From assembly GCA_964016885.1 (NCBI GenBank), contig OZ024766.1, positions 2,294,001 through 2,358,000 of the forward strand: 64,000 bases of DNA. The letters run 5' to 3'. Origin of the DNA: Eledone cirrhosa (Eukaryota). The translations under genes and the position numbers were made by a program. This document shows, in pieces, positions 39,742 through 53,393 of this stretch (positions within the stretch are counted from its first letter, which is position 1; each line of letters begins with the position of its first letter). Below the pieces are notes generated by a model. It saw nothing but the letters and a program-made list of their open reading frames with translations. It ran no database searches and was not told the origin of the DNA.

Positions 39742-41226
39742 TCACTCTCCAGTGTGTTTTCTTTTGTGTCTATTATAACTACTGTTACTAATGAAAGATT
39801 TCCCACATATTTCACAGTGGAAAGGCTTTTCTCCAGTGTGAGTACGTTTGTGGATAATGAGTTCAGGCGAATTTGTAAAAGATTTTCCACATATTTCACA
39901 GTGATAGGGTTTCTCTCCAGTATGTGTTCTTTTATGTATAATTAAAGAACCGCTCTGTAAAAACGTTTTCCCACATATTTCACAATGATAGGGTCTCTCT
40001 CCAGTGTGTGTTCTTTTGTGTACAGTTAAAGAACGGTTTGTTACAAAAGATTTCCCACATATTTCACAGTGATAGGGTTTCTCTCCAGTGTGTGATCTTT
40101 TGTGTGTAGTTAAGACATTACTACTGCCAAAAGATTCCCCACATATTTCACAGGGATAGGGTTTCTCTCCAGTGTGTGTTCTTTTATGTGTAGTTAAGAG
40201 ATCACTCCTGCCAAAAGATTTCCCACATGTTTCACAATGATAGGGTTTCTCCCCAGTGTGTGTTCTTTTGTGTATAGTTAAAGAACCGCGCTGTAAAAAG
40301 GCTTTCCCACATGTTTCACAATGATAGGGTCTCTCTCCAGTATGTGTTCCTTTGTGTGCAGTTAAAGAATGGCTTGTTACAAAAGATTTCCCACATATTT
40401 CACAGTGATGGGGTCGCTCTCCAGTATGTGTTCTTTTGTGTATAGTCAATGCACCATTACTGACAAAATATTTCCCACATATTTCACAATGATAGGGTTT
40501 CTCTCCAGTGTGTGTTCTTTTATGTATAGTTAAAGAACGGTTTTGTACAAACGCTTTGCCACATATTTCACAGTGATGGGGTTTCTCACCAGTGTGTGTT
40601 CTTCTGTGATCTATCAGTACAGCACTATCAGCAAAATATTTCCCACATATTTCACAGTGAAAAGGTTTCTCTCCTGTGTGACTACGTATATGTCTAGCAA
40701 GATTAAATTTCTTAGTAAAAGATTTCCCACATATTTCACAGTGAAATGGTTTCCCCCCACTGTGACTACGTAAATGCCTAATTAAATTGGAATTCAGACT
40801 GAAAGATTTCCCACATGTTTCACAATGAAAAGGTTTCTCTCCAGTATGTGTTCTTTTGTGGGTAGTCAAGTCACCACTCCTACTAAAAGATTTCCCACAT
40901 ATTTCACAATGATAGGGTTTCTCTCCAGTGTGTGTTCTTTTGTGGTTAATCAAGACACGACTCCTACTAAAAGATTTCCCACATATTTCACAATGATAGG
41001 GTTTGTCTTTAATATGTATGTGTTTGTGTGTAGATAATTCATCTTCTGATGAGAAAGTTTTCCTACAAATCTCACAGCTATATTCAGGAATATTTCTGTG
41101 AAATGATCCTTGTTCAGTACATGTTTCACTAGGTAAAGGTTTCTCCCCACTGTATGTCTGTGTAACTGTATCTATATTGGTAGAAACAGGTGTGGTAGAA
41201 ATGTCCAAGTGTTTAACGTCCTCCAT
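39742..41226 (-). CDS. C2H2 zinc-finger protein, 16 fingers, 494 aa (ZNF-8)
   Basis: Intact ORF. Confidence 0.92.
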   Translation of the reverse strand: MEDVKHLDISTTPVSTNIDTVTQTYSGEKPLPSETCTEQGSFHRNIPEYSCEICRKTFSSEDELSTHKHIHIKDKPYHCEICGKSFSRSRVLINHKRTHTGEKPYHCEICGKSFSRSGDLTTHKRTHTGEKPFHCETCGKSFSLNSNLIRHLRSHSGGKPFHCEICGKSFTKKFNLARHIRSHTGEKPFHCEICGKYFADSAVLIDHRRTHTGEKPHHCEICGKAFVQNRSLTIHKRTHTGEKPYHCEICGKYFVSNGALTIHKRTHTGERPHHCEICGKSFVTSHSLTAHKGTHTGERPYHCETCGKAFLQRGSLTIHKRTHTGEKPYHCETCGKSFGRSDLLTTHKRTHTGEKPYPCEICGESFGSSNVLTTHKRSHTGEKPYHCEICGKSFVTNRSLTVHKRTHTGERPYHCEICGKTFLQSGSLIIHKRTHTGEKPYHCEICGKSFTNSPELIIHKRTHTGEKPFHCEICGKSFISNSSYNRHKRKHTGE

Positions 41227-41993
41227 AGTAATTCTTGAAGAATTCTTCGAAGTTCTGAAGATATATGACTGTGTAAGACTGATGTTGGTATAAGAAGGTG
41301 TAAGAGAGAGAGAGTGTGTGTGAGTGTCTTAATAAATGAGGATTGTTCACCACGGAGTGTAGAAAAGTACACAATATCTGCTGTGTTAACAATACAAATA
41401 ATACGTACTTTATATTTCAAGTCCAAATGTAAAGTCAAGAAAGACCAGGAAAGCTAATTGTTCAGATGTTGGTGATTTAAACCTATTTCTCACTGTCCTG
41501 TAAAATGTGGAACAACCAATTCACGATGTAGCGTAGTTTCTCATGAAATGAAATATTTAATCATGTAGGAGATGGAACACCTACCCTGGAACATGTAGCT
41601 CACTCTATGTTATCTACAGAATATTAACTTTCACCTTAACATGAGATAATTGCTACACAAGATATAATTAGATTAATTAAAGTTATAATTAAGATAGCAG
41701 GTAGGTGGTGTCGTTGGTAATGTTTCCTTCCCTTGAATAACACCGGTGTCATACGTTAAAAGTCCCTGACATAATTTAAAACCTTCAGTTATATCAATTC
41801 ACTCCATCAATTGTACCCAACCCATGATAAAACAAGCAGCATCACTCAGTGAAATATTTATTACGTATCAACGAGGGAGTCTCTTACCTGGTTACTTGAC
41901 CTGGTAGAAATAGCAGCCAAATATCACTCTCTACTGTCTTACAACAACAAAGACCATATTCTGCAGTTTAGTCACAAACTCACACACACAAAC

Positions 41994-42029
<36 letters not shown>

Positions 42030-42217
42030 TATATATATATAAACTACATGGGTACAGCTAAAACAACTCCCAATATTTAAATATATGCCTACTCGATCAT
42101 ACTAAGCTTGGACTTGAATTATGCCATGGTGAGGTTGTCTCCCCTGGTAGTCTGAATCCGTTTGTTTGTTTGTATATATATTTATATCTCCATCTGTAAC
42201 TCAATAAAATTTATCAA

Positions 42218-42535
42218 GGTTTGGCTTCGAGAACAAAGGTTAAGGAGCTGTTCTACGTTGCTTGTAGGCCTGCTTGTGGCTGGTCAGGCCTACATAGGAC
42301 AGGCATGGCACAGCAACAGATGAAGGTCTGGAGAAGGGTTTGATAACTTGTGGTTCTTCCTCCTAGGCCTCTTGTCCTCAAGGGTGGCCCTGTGGGTGTT
42401 TATCAAGGAGCAGACAGCATGGTTGTTGGTGAGACACGAGGCGTCCCATGTCTCAGCTAGGGTGGACCACCAGTGATGGTCGATGTGACAAGGAATTTTT
42501 CAGTCCTTGTATTGCTTCCTTGGTGGCCCCCTGTC
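42218..42535 (-). mobile_element. RTE LINE 3' end, deleted-type cassette
   Basis: Same junction as 34832. Confidence 0.8.
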
Positions 42536-42754
42536 CAGAGATTTAGATGTATTAAAACTACTAACAAGATGATATCATTACAAATGGTGTTAATAACAGA
42601 GATTTAGATGGGTGTTAGATGTATTAAAACTACTAACAAGATGATATCATTACATATGGTGTTAATAACAGAGATTTAGATGGGTGTTAGATGTATTAAA
42701 ACTACTAACAAGATGATATCATTACAAATGGTGTTAATAACAGAGATTTAGATG
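42536..42754. repeat. 72-bp VNTR, about 3 copies
   Basis: Direct reading. Confidence 0.9.
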
Positions 42755-43054
42755 GCAAAATAACAAGTTGAAGTTACAGATCTGATAAATTCCTTGAATA
42801 TAATTCTTTTATTAACAACAAATAGAATGAAATTTAGGACATAAATACACTTTATAAAATTAATTATGAAAAATTAATAAATTATTTACAAAACAATGAA
42901 ATCAATAAAAAAAGGGATTCAGAAAGAAAAAGAAAAACATGTAAAACTACTCCTTCAATTACTGTAACAGAGAATGTTGGTGTTACCCTCTAAAATTTCT
43001 GAGACTAGACACACACAGCATTACCTCAGGTGATAGAGGACGCTTAATTACACA

Positions 43055-44725
43055 CTACAACAGGGAATAGGGTCTCTCTCCAGTGTGTGTTCGTTTGTGT
43101 TTATTATAATCACTGTTACTAATGAAAGATTTCGCACATATTTCACAGTGGAAAGGCTTTTCTCCAGTGTGAGTACGTTTGTGGACAATGAGTTCAGGCG
43201 AATTTGTAAAAGATTTCCCACATATTTCACAGTGATAGGGTTTCTCTCCAGTGTGTGTTCTTTTGTGTGTAGTTAAGACATTACTACTGCCAAAAGTTTT
43301 CCCACATATTTCACAGTGATAGGGTCTCTCTCCAGTATGTGTTCTTTTGTGTGTAGTTAAGACATTACTACTGCCAAAAGTTTTCCCACATATTTCACAG
43401 TGATAGGGTCTCTCTCCAGTATGTGTTCTTTTATGTGTAGTTAAAGAACCGCACTGTACAAACGCTTTCCCACATATTTCACAATGATAGGGTTTCTCTC
43501 CAGTGTGTGTTCTTTTATGTGTAGTTAAGTCACTACTCCCGCCAAAAGATTTCCCACATGTTTCACAATGATAGGGTTTCTCTCCAGTGTGTGTTCTTGT
43601 ATGTGTAGTTAAGTGATCACTCTTGCTAAAAGATTTCCCACATATTTCACAGTGATAGGGTTTCTCTCCACTGTGTGTTCTTTTATGTGTAGTTAAAGAA
43701 GGGCTTGTTACAAAATATTTCCCACATGTTTCACAATGATAGGGTTTCTCTCCAGTGTGTGATCTTTTGTGTATAGTTAAAGAAGGGCTTGTTACAAAAG
43801 ATTTCTCACATATTTCACAGTGATAGGGTTTCTCTCTAGTGTGTGTTCTTTTGTGTGCAGTTAAATGACTGTTTGTTACAAAAGATTTCCCACATATTTC
43901 ACAGTGATAGGGTCTCTCTCCAGTGTGTGTACTTTTATGTTTAGTTAAATGACTGCTTATTACAAAATATTTCCCACATGTTTCACAGTGATGGGGTTTC
44001 TCACCAGTGTGTGTTCTTCTGTGAACTACAAGAACAGCACTATCAGCAAAATATTTCCCACATATTTCACAGTGAAAAGGTTTCTCTCCAGTGTGAATAC
44101 GTATATGTCTTACAAGATTACCTCTCTCAGCAAAAGAATTCCCACATATTTTACAATGAAATGGTTTTTCCCCACTGTGATTACGTAAATGCCTAATTAA
44201 ATTGTATTTCACACTGAAAGATTTCCCACATGTTTCACATTTAAAAGGTTTCTCTCCTGTGTGTGTTCTTTTGTGGTTAGTCAAGTCACCACTCCAACTA
44301 AAAGATTTCCCACATATTTCACAATGATAGGGTCTCTCTCCAGTGTGTGTTCTTTTGTGGTTAGACAAGTGACAACTCCTACTAAAAGATGTCCCACATA
44401 TTTCACAATAATAGGGTCTCTCTCCTGTGTGTGTTCTTTTGTGGTTAGTCAAGTGACCACTCCTACAAAAAGATTTCCCACATATTTCACAATGATAGGG
44501 TTTGTCTTTAATATGTATGTGTTTGTGTGTAAATAATTCATCTTCTGATGAGAAAGTTTCACTACAAATCTCACAGCTATATTCATGAATATTTCTGTAT
44601 AATGATCCTTGTTCAGTACATGTTTCACTAGGTAAAGGTTTCTCACCACTGTATGTCTGTGTAACTGTATCTATATCCGTAGAAACAGGTGTGGTAGAAA
44701 TGTCCAAGTGTTTAACGTCTTCCAT
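43055..44725 (-). CDS. C2H2 zinc-finger protein, 18 fingers, 556 aa (ZNF-9)
   Basis: Intact ORF. Confidence 0.92.
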   Translation of the reverse strand: MEDVKHLDISTTPVSTDIDTVTQTYSGEKPLPSETCTEQGSLYRNIHEYSCEICSETFSSEDELFTHKHIHIKDKPYHCEICGKSFCRSGHLTNHKRTHTGERPYYCEICGTSFSRSCHLSNHKRTHTGERPYHCEICGKSFSWSGDLTNHKRTHTGEKPFKCETCGKSFSVKYNLIRHLRNHSGEKPFHCKICGNSFAERGNLVRHIRIHTGEKPFHCEICGKYFADSAVLVVHRRTHTGEKPHHCETCGKYFVISSHLTKHKSTHTGERPYHCEICGKSFVTNSHLTAHKRTHTREKPYHCEICEKSFVTSPSLTIHKRSHTGEKPYHCETCGKYFVTSPSLTTHKRTHSGEKPYHCEICGKSFSKSDHLTTHTRTHTGEKPYHCETCGKSFGGSSDLTTHKRTHTGEKPYHCEICGKAFVQCGSLTTHKRTHTGERPYHCEICGKTFGSSNVLTTHKRTHTGERPYHCEICGKTFGSSNVLTTHKRTHTGEKPYHCEICGKSFTNSPELIVHKRTHTGEKPFHCEICAKSFISNSDYNKHKRTHTGERPYSLL

Positions 44726-45497
44726 AGTAATTCTTGAAGATTTCTTCGAAGTTCTGAAGATATATGACTGTGTAAGACTGATGTCGGTATAAGAAAGTGT
44801 AAGAGAGAGTGAGTGTGTGTCTTAATAAATGATGATTGTTCACCACGGAGTGTAGAAAAGTACACAATATCTGCTGTGTTAACAATACAAATAATACGTA
44901 CTTTATATTTCAAGTCCAAATGTAAAGTCAAGAAATACCAGGAAAGCTAATTGTTCAGATGTTGGTGATTTAAACCTATTTCTAACTGTCCTGTAAAATG
45001 TGGAACAACCAATTCACGATATAGCGTAGTTTCTCATGAAATGAAATATTTAATCATGTAGGAGATGGAACACCTACCCTGGAACATGTAGCTCACTCTA
45101 TGTTATCTACAAAATATTAACTTTACCCTTAACATGAGATAATTGCTACACAAGATATAATTAGATTAATTAAAGTTATAATTAAGATAGCAGGTGCGTC
45201 GTGGCGTTGACAATGTTTCCTTCCCCTGAATAAGACCGGTGTCATACGTTCAAAGTCCCTGACATAATTTAATACCTTCAGAAAGACCTTCAGTTATATC
45301 AATTCACTCTATCAATGTATCCAACCCATGGTAAAACAAGCAGCATCACTCAGTGAAATATTTATTACGTATCAACGAGGGAGTCTCTTACCTGGTTACT
45401 TGACCTGGTAGAAATAGCAGCCAAATATCACTCTCTACTGTCTTACAACAACAAAGACCATATTCTGCAGTTTAGTCACAAACTCACACACACACAC

Positions 45498-45536
<39 letters not shown>

Positions 45537-45706
45537 CATGGGTACAGCTAAAACACCTTCCAATATTTAAATATATGCCTACTCGATCATACTAATCTGG
45601 GACTTGAATTGTGCCATGGTGCGGTTGTCTCCCCTGGTAGTGTTAATCCGTTGTTTGTTTGTATATATATTTATATCTCCATCTGTAACTCAATAACATT
45701 TATCAA

Positions 45707-46027
45707 GGTTTGGCTTCGAGAACAAAGGTTAAGGAGCTGTTCTACGTTGATTGTAGGCCTGCTTGGGGCTGGTCAGGCCTACATAGGACAGGCATGGCAC
45801 AGCAACAGATGAGGGTCTGGAGAAGGGTTTGATAACTTGTTGTGGTTCTTCCTCCTAGGACTCTAGTCCTCAAGGGTGGCCCTGTATGTGTTTTTCAAGG
45901 AGCAGATAGCATGGTTGTTGGTGAGACACCAGGCGCCCCATGTCTCAGCTAGGGTGGACCACCAGTGATGGTCGATGTGACAAGGAATTTTTCAGTCCTT
46001 GTATTGCTTCCTTGGTGGCCCCCTGTC
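45707..46027 (-). mobile_element. RTE LINE 3' end, deleted-type cassette
   Basis: Same junction as 34832 and 42535. Confidence 0.8.
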
Positions 46028-46400
46028 CAGAGATTTAGATGTATTAAAACTACTAACAAGATGATATCATTATAAATGGTGTTAATAACAGATTTAGATG
46101 GCAAAATAACAAGTTGAAGTTACAGATTTGATAAATTCCTTGAATATAATTCTTTTATTAACAACAAATAGAATGAAATTTAAGACATAAATGCACTTTA
46201 TAAAATGAATTATGAAAATTTAATAAATTATTTACAAAACAATGAAATCAATAAAAAAAGGGAGTCAGAAAGAAAAAGAAAAACATGTAAAACTACTCCT
46301 TCAATTACTGTAACAGAGAATGTTGGTGTTACCCTCTAAAATTTCTGAGACTAGACACACACAGCATTACCTCAGGTGATAGAGGGCCCTTAATTACACA

Positions 46401-48071
46401 CTACAACAGGGAATAGGGTCTCTCTCCAGTGTGTGTTCGTTTGTGTTTATTATAATCACTGTTACTAATGAAAGATTTCGCACATATTTCACAGTGGAAA
46501 GGCTTTTCTCCAGTGTGAGTACGTTTGTGGACAATGAGTTCAGGCGAATTTGTAAAAGATTTTCCACATATTTCACAGTGATAGGGTTTCTCTCCAGTGT
46601 GTGTTCTTTTGTGTATAGTTAAAGAACTGATTGTTACAAAAGTTTTCCCACATATTTCACAGTGATAGGGTCTCTCTCCGGTATGTGTTCTTTTATGTGT
46701 AGTTAAAGAACCGCACTGTACAAACGCTTTCCCACATATTTCACAATGATAGGGTTTCTCTCCAGTGTGTGTTCTTTTATGTGTAGTTAAGTCACTACTC
46801 CTGCCAAAAGATTTCCCACATGTTTCACAATGATAGGGTTTCTCTCCAGTGTGTGTTCTTGTATGTGTAGTTAAGTGACCACTCTTGCTAAAAGATTTCC
46901 CACATATTTCACAGTGATAGGGTTTCTCTCCACTGTGTGTTCTTTTATGTGTAGTTAAGAGATCACTCTTTCCAAAAGAATTCTGACATATTTCACAGTT
47001 ATAGGGTTTCTCTCCAGTATGTGTTCTTTTATGTTCAGTTAAATGACCGCTTGTTACAAAATATTTCCCACATGTTTCACAATGATAGGGTTTCTCTCCA
47101 GTGTGTGATCTTTTGTGTATAGTTAAAGAAAGGCTTGTTACAAAAGATTTCCCACATATTTCACAGTGATAGGGTTTCTCTCTAGTGTGTGTTCTTTTGT
47201 GTGCAGTTAAATGACTGTTTGTTACAAAAGATTTCCCACATATTTCACAGTGATAGGGTCTCTCTCCAGTGTGTGTACTTTTATGTTTAGTTAAATTACT
47301 GCTTATTACAAAATATTTCCCACATATTTCACAGTGATGGGGTCTCTCTCCAGTGTGTGTTCTTCTGTGAACTACAAGAACAGCACTATCAGCAAAATAT
47401 TTCCCACATATTTCACAGTGAAAAGGTTTCTCTCCAGTGTGAATACGTATATGTCTAACAAGATTACCTCTCTCAGCAAAAGATTTCCCACATATTTCAC
47501 AATGAAATGGTTTTTCCCCACTGTGATTACGTAAATGCCTAATTAAATTGTATTTCACACTGAAAGATTTCCCACATGTTTCACATTTAAAAGGTTTCTC
47601 TCCTGTGTGTGTTCTTTTGTGGTTTGTCAAGTCACCACTCCAACTAAAAGATTTCCCACATATTTCACAATGATAGGGTCTCTCTCCAGTGTGTGTTCTT
47701 TTGTGGTTAGACAAGTGACAACTCCTACTAAAAGATGTCCCACATATTTCACAATAATAGGGTCTCTCTCCTGTGTGTGTTCTTTTGTGGTTAGTCAAGT
47801 GACCACTCCTACAAAAAGATTTCCCACATATTTCACAATGATAGGGTTTGTCTTTAATATGTATGTGTTTGTGTGTAAATAATTCATCTTCTGATGAGAA
47901 AGTTTCACTACAAATCTCACAGCTATATTCAGGAATATTTCTGTGTAAAGATCCTTGTTCAGTACATGTTTCACTAGGTAAAGGTTTCTCACCACTGTAT
48001 GTCTGTGTAACTGTATCTATATCCGTAGAAACAGGTGTGGTAGAAATGTCCAAGTGTTTAACGTCTTCCAT
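46401..48071 (-). CDS. C2H2 zinc-finger protein, 18 fingers, 556 aa (ZNF-10)
   Basis: Intact ORF from the conserved ATG. Confidence 0.92.
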   Translation of the reverse strand: MEDVKHLDISTTPVSTDIDTVTQTYSGEKPLPSETCTEQGSLHRNIPEYSCEICSETFSSEDELFTHKHIHIKDKPYHCEICGKSFCRSGHLTNHKRTHTGERPYYCEICGTSFSRSCHLSNHKRTHTGERPYHCEICGKSFSWSGDLTNHKRTHTGEKPFKCETCGKSFSVKYNLIRHLRNHSGEKPFHCEICGKSFAERGNLVRHIRIHTGEKPFHCEICGKYFADSAVLVVHRRTHTGERPHHCEICGKYFVISSNLTKHKSTHTGERPYHCEICGKSFVTNSHLTAHKRTHTREKPYHCEICGKSFVTSLSLTIHKRSHTGEKPYHCETCGKYFVTSGHLTEHKRTHTGEKPYNCEICQNSFGKSDLLTTHKRTHSGEKPYHCEICGKSFSKSGHLTTHTRTHTGEKPYHCETCGKSFGRSSDLTTHKRTHTGEKPYHCEICGKAFVQCGSLTTHKRTHTGERPYHCEICGKTFVTISSLTIHKRTHTGEKPYHCEICGKSFTNSPELIVHKRTHTGEKPFHCEICAKSFISNSDYNKHKRTHTGERPYSLL

Positions 48072-48809
48072 AGTAATTCTTGAAGAATTCTTCGAAGTTC
48101 TGAAGATATATGACTGTGTAAGACTGATGTCGGTATAAGAAAGTGTAAGAGAGAGTGAGTGTGTGTGTGTGTGTGTCTTAATAAATGATGACTGTACACC
48201 ACGGAGTGTAGAAAAGTACACAATATCTGCTGTGTTAACAATACAAATAATACGTACTTTATATTTCAAGTCCAAATGTAAAGTCAAGAAATACCAGGAA
48301 AGCTAATTGTTCAGATGTTGGTGATTTAAACCTATTTCTCGCTGTCCTGTAAAATGTGGAACAACCAATTCACGATGTAGCGTAGTTTCTCATGAAATGA
48401 AATATTTAATCATGTAGGAGATGGAACACCTACCCTGGAACATGTAGCTCACTCTATGTTATCTACAGAATATTAACTTTCACCTTAACATGAGATAATT
48501 GATACACAAGATATACTTAGATTAATTAAAGTTATAATTAAAATAGCAGGTACGTGGTGTCGTTGAGAAGGTTTCCTTCCCTTGAATAACACCGGTGTCA
48601 CACGTTCAAAGTCCCTTACCTAATTTAAGACTTTTAGTTATATCAATTCACTCTATCAATTGTATCCAACCCCTGGTAAAACAAGCAGCATCACTCAGTA
48701 AATTATTTATTACGTATCAACGAGGGAGTCTCCTACCTGGTTACTTAACCTGGTAGAAATAGCAGCTAACACACACTTTAAAGTCTTAAAGTAAAGGAAT
48801 TACACAATT

Positions 48810-49400
48810 CACTCTCCGACAGGTTTGCGGTTGTGCCCTTGGCAGTAGAGACTTCTGGTTTCCTTGGCCCTAGGTCTACCTCCCTACTTACAACCGTAGG
48901 TACAGAGTTGGCTACCCGTTGCAGTGGAGACTTCTGGTGTATTTGGCCCTAGGGCAACCTCCCTACTTACCACCGTAGGTACAGTGTTGGCTACCTGTAG
49001 CAGTGGAGACTTCTGGTGTCCTTGGCCCTAGGGCTACCTCCCCACTTACCACCGTAGGTACAGAGTTGGCTACCCGTAGCAGTGGAGACTTCTGGTGTCC
49101 TTGGCCCTTGGGCTACCTCCCACCAGAGGCACAGACCTGGCTACCTGTAGCAGTGGAGACTTCTGGTGTCCTTGGCCCTAGGGTAACCTCCCTACTTACC
49201 ACCAGAGGCACAGACCTGGCTACCTGTAGCAGTGGAGACTTCTGGTATCCTTGGCCCTAGGGTAACCTCCCTACTTACAACCATAGACACAGACCTGGCT
49301 ACCCGCAGGTGTGAGCCTCATGAGATGAAATGGCTCTTTCAGCGCATCTCCCTTACCATCCTCCGGGGAAAAGGCTGTTCCATTCTGTCTGCCGGGGCTG
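48810..49400 (+). mobile_element. CRE-clade non-LTR retrotransposon 3' fragment (restriction-like endonuclease C-terminus) with six internal about 79-bp tandem copies
   Basis: LSDRFAVVPLAVETSGFLGPRSTSLLTTVGTELATR...CEPHEMKWLFQRISLTILRG; units at 48844, 48923, 49002, 49081, 49152 and 49231. Confidence 0.75.
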
Positions 49401-49440
49401 TGGGGCAGCCAGCACGTGGGACCCCTTTTTCTCACAATAC

Positions 49441-50329
49441 AGAGAGATGGAGGTGGGTGAGAGAGATGGAGGTGATGACAGTGGGAGTTTGGTTCCTCTG
49501 TGTTCGGACCTGGTGTACATGAGAGAGATGGGGTGGGTGAGAGGGATGGAGGTGATGACAGTGGGTGTTTGGTTCCTCTGTGTTCGGACCTGGTGTACAT
49601 GAGAGAGATGGAGGTGGGTGAGAGAGATGGGGTGGGTGAGAGGGATGGAGGTGATGACAGTGGGAGTTTGGTTCCTCTGTGTTCGGACCTGGTGTACATG
49701 AGAGAGATGGGGAGGGTGAGAGGGGTGGAGGTGATGACAGTGGGAGTTTGGTTCCTCTGTGTTCGGACCTGGTGTACATGAGAGAGATGGAGGTGGGTGA
49801 GAGAGATGGGGTGGGTGAGAGGGATGGAGGTGATGACAGTGGGAGTTTGGTTCCTCTGTGTTCGGACCTGGTGTACATGAGAGAGATGGGGAGGGTGAGA
49901 GGGGTGGAGGTGATGACAGTGGGAGTTTGGTTCCTCTGTGTTCGGACCTGGTCTACATGAGAGAGATGGAGGTGGGTGAGAGGGATGGAGGTGATGACAG
50001 TGGGTGTTTGGTTCCTCTGTGTTCGGACCTGGTCTACATGAGAGAGATGGGGAGGGTGAGAGGGGTGGAGGTGATGACAGTGGGAGTTTGGTTCCTCTGT
50101 GTTCGGACCTGGTGTACATGAGAGAGATGGGGGTGGGTGAGAGGGATGGAGGTGATGACAGTGGGTGTTTGGTTCCTCTGTGTTCGGACCTGGTGTACAT
50201 CAGAGAGATGGGGAGGGTGAGAGGGGTGGAGGTGATGACAGTGGGAGTTTGGTTCCTCTGTGTTCGGACCTGGTGTACATGAGAGAGATGGGGAGGGTGA
50301 GAGGGATGGAGGTGATGACAGTGGGAGTT
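49441..50329. repeat. About 80/99-bp G-rich minisatellite, about 11 copies
   Basis: Unit gagagagatggggagggtgagaggggtggaggtgatgacagtgggagtttggttcctctgtgttcggacctggtgtacat. Confidence 0.93.
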
Positions 50330-50719
50330 CAGCTCTTCCATGTTCGGACACATTGCACCTATCATGTGGGCCATACACCTTGTGGGTTGTCTCTGTTGAC
50401 CACTGACTGCTGGTCTCTGTCCTCTGAGACATTTCTGGTCATCCCTGTCTTTGACAACATTTAGCTGTTTTAATTGCCTTCTATGTTATATATGTGTTTG
50501 TATGTATTGTATTTTCTCCTCAAATATTAGTCAAGTGCGTCAACAACAACAACAACAACAACAGCAACTGGAAGAGCCACGCTTAAATTTCAGCACAATA
50601 GCAGATTTACTCAATGACAGTATCTGATCACCACTTTCATCCCAGGAACCACCACATTTATCATCATCACCATCGTCTTCAACCACTTCAACTACTAATA
50701 ATGGTTTATTATTTAGGCA

Positions 50720-51008
50720 CAAGACCAGCAAGTTTGGGGAAGGGGAAAGTCGATTAAATCGATATTAAATCGGGTATGTGATGTGCATGGAGGATGACAG
50801 CCGGGTGAAGAGGTGCCAAGAAATCTCAGTAGAAGGATGACGCAGTAGAGGAAGACCCCAAAAATCATGGGCAGGGGTGGGGAGAGCTGACTACAGAGGA
50901 GATGACAAGGGACAGTGACGAATGGAGAGATGCTGTGCTGAATAGGACTCGTCCCACCCTTGCAAGCAGGGAAAAAGCACAGGTAAAATGATGATGATGA
51001 TGATGATA
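50720..51008 (+). mobile_element. RTE LINE 3' end with (GAT)n tail
   Basis: Decayed C-terminus (RPKKSW-like, TEEMTRDSDEWRDAVL) followed by a gatgatgat tail. Confidence 0.6.
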
Positions 51009-51084
51009 CACATATACATATATATATGTAATGGAGAATTTCTATCAATTTAATGGCAGAAGAGACAAAGGAATTTTCTCATCT

Positions 51085-51264
51085 TTCCACTGTGAAATAT
51101 GTGGGGAATCTTTCACTAGTATCAGTGATTATAATAAACACAAAATAACACACACTGGTGAGAGACCCTATCACTGTGAAATATGTGGGGAATCTTTTAT
51201 TAGTAACAGTGAATATAATAAACACAAAAGAACACACACTGGTGAGAAACTTTTTACACTCTGA
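51085..51264 (+). pseudogene. 5'-truncated ZNF remnant (two terminal-type fingers) with intact 3' flank
   Basis: CEICGESFTSISDYNKH...CEICGESFISNSEYNKH; no MEDVK start or upstream block. Confidence 0.75.
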
Positions 51265-52045
51265 AATATGTGGGAAATGTTTTTTCTCTAACAGTTATTT
51301 AGACACAAACATACAGAGGAAGGAAAGTTTTTAACTGTGAAACAGGAGACATCCTTCCTCTTACAAATCTAAACTTATTTTCCACCAATATCAAATGTGA
51401 ATACTTGGCAGTTTGATAGACTCCAAACATTGCTGGCCATTTTTACAAATATATTTTCATTTGAAATTAAAATCTTTCTCTGATCTATTCTTGACTTTTT
51501 GAATTAATTTTAAATCTATGCCAGAAATTTCAGCCTTGGTTTGTCAACACCAACATTGCCTGTTGTAGTGTGTGTAATTAAGGGACACTCTATTACAAAA
51601 GGTAATTAATGTCTTGTCTGCTATGTTATATCTTAGAGCCCTACACCAACATTGCCTGCTATAGTGTGTGTAATTAAGGGTCCATCTATCACCTGAGGTA
51701 ATCTCTTCTCTGCTATGATACATTATAGAGGCCTACACCAACATTCCCTGCTATAGTGTATAATTAAGGGCCTTCTATCACCTGGGGTAATGCTGTGTGT
51801 GTCTAGTCTCAGAAATTTTAGAGGGTAACACCAACATTCTCTGTTATAGTAATTGAAGGAGTAGTTTTACCTGTTTTTCTTTCTGTCTCCCTTTTTATTT
51901 ATTTCTTTGTTTTGTAAATACTTTATTAATTTTTCATAATTAATTTTATAAAGTGTATTTATGTCCTAAATTTCATTCTATTTGTTGTTAATAAAAGAAT
52001 TATATTTAAAGAAATTATCAATTCTGTAACTTTTTGTTATTTTGC

Positions 52046-52188
52046 CATCTAAATCTCTGTTATTAACACCATATGTAATGATATCATCTTGTTAGTAGTT
52101 TTAATACATCTAACACCCATCTAAATCTCTGTTATTAACACCATATGTAATGATATCATCTTGTTAGTAGTTTTAAAACATCTAACAC
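52046..52188. repeat. 72-bp VNTR, 2 copies, inverted orientation
   Basis: Reverse complement of the array unit. Confidence 0.9.
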
Positions 52189-52470
52189 GGACTGTTTCAA
52201 CAAATTCCTTGTCACATCGACCATCACTGGTGGTCCACCCTAGCTGAGACATGGGACGCTTCGTGTCTCACCAACAATCATGCTGTCTGCTCCTTGAAAA
52301 ACACCCACAGGGCCACCCTTGAGGACTAGAGTCCTAGGAGGAAGAACCACAAGTTATCAAACCCTTCTCCAGACCTTCATCTGTTGCTGTGCCATGCCTG
52401 TCCTATGTAGGCCTGACCAGCCACAAGCAACGTATAACAACTCCTTAACTTTTGTTCTCGAAGCCAAATC
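52189..52470 (+). mobile_element. RTE LINE 3' end in the inverted cassette
   Basis: Reverse complement of the cassette LINE end; distinct deletion junction. Confidence 0.8.
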
Positions 52471-53393
52471 ATGATAAATGTTATTGAGTTACAGATGGAG
52501 ATATAAATATATATACAAACAAACAACGGATTCAGACTACCAGGGGAGACAACCTCACCATGGCATAATTCAAGTCCCAGATTAGTATGATCGATTAGGC
52601 ATATATTTAAATATTGGAAGGTGTTTTAGCTGTACCCATCTAGTTTATATATATATATATTTATATATATGTGTGGGTGTTTGTGTGACTAAACTGCAGA
52701 ATATGGTCTTTGTTGTTGTTATGACAGTAGAGAGTGATATTTGGCTGCTATTTCTACCAGATCAAGTAACCAGGTAGGAGACTCCCTCGTTGATGCGTAA
52801 TAAATATTTTACTGAGTGATGTTGCTTGTTTTACCATGGGTTGGATACAATTGATGGAGTGAATTGATATAACTGAAGGTCATAAATTATGTCAAGGACT
52901 TTTAACGTATGACACCGGCGTTGTTTAAGAGATGGGAAACATTGCCAACGACAGCACGTACCTGCTATCTTAATTATAACTTTAATTAATCTAATATCGT
53001 GTGTATCAATTATCTCATGTTAAGGTGAAAGTTAATATTCTGTAGATAACATAGAGTGAGCTACATGTTCCAGGGTAGGTGTTCCATCTCCTACATGATT
53101 AAATATTTCATTTCATGAGAAACTACGCTACATCGTGAATTGGTTGTTCCACATTTTACAGGACAGTGAAAAATAGGTTTAAATCACCAACATCTGAACA
53201 ATTAGCTTTCCTGGAGTACGTATTATTTGTATTGTTAACACAGCAGATATTGTGTACTTTTCTACACTCCGTGGTGAACAATCCTCATTTATTAAGAAAC
53301 AAACACACTTTCACTCTTACACTTTCTTATACCGACATCAGTCTTACACAGTCATATATCTTCAGAACTTCGAAGAATTCTTCAAGAATTACT

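Noticed and set aside
49271-50464. Long ORFs across the 80-bp minisatellite
   Set aside because: The period is not a multiple of three and frames rotate, so these are repeat artefacts
52525-52550. TDSDYQG resembling a dUTPase motif
   Set aside because: Too short, absent in several cassette copies, and no other dUTPase motifs nearby
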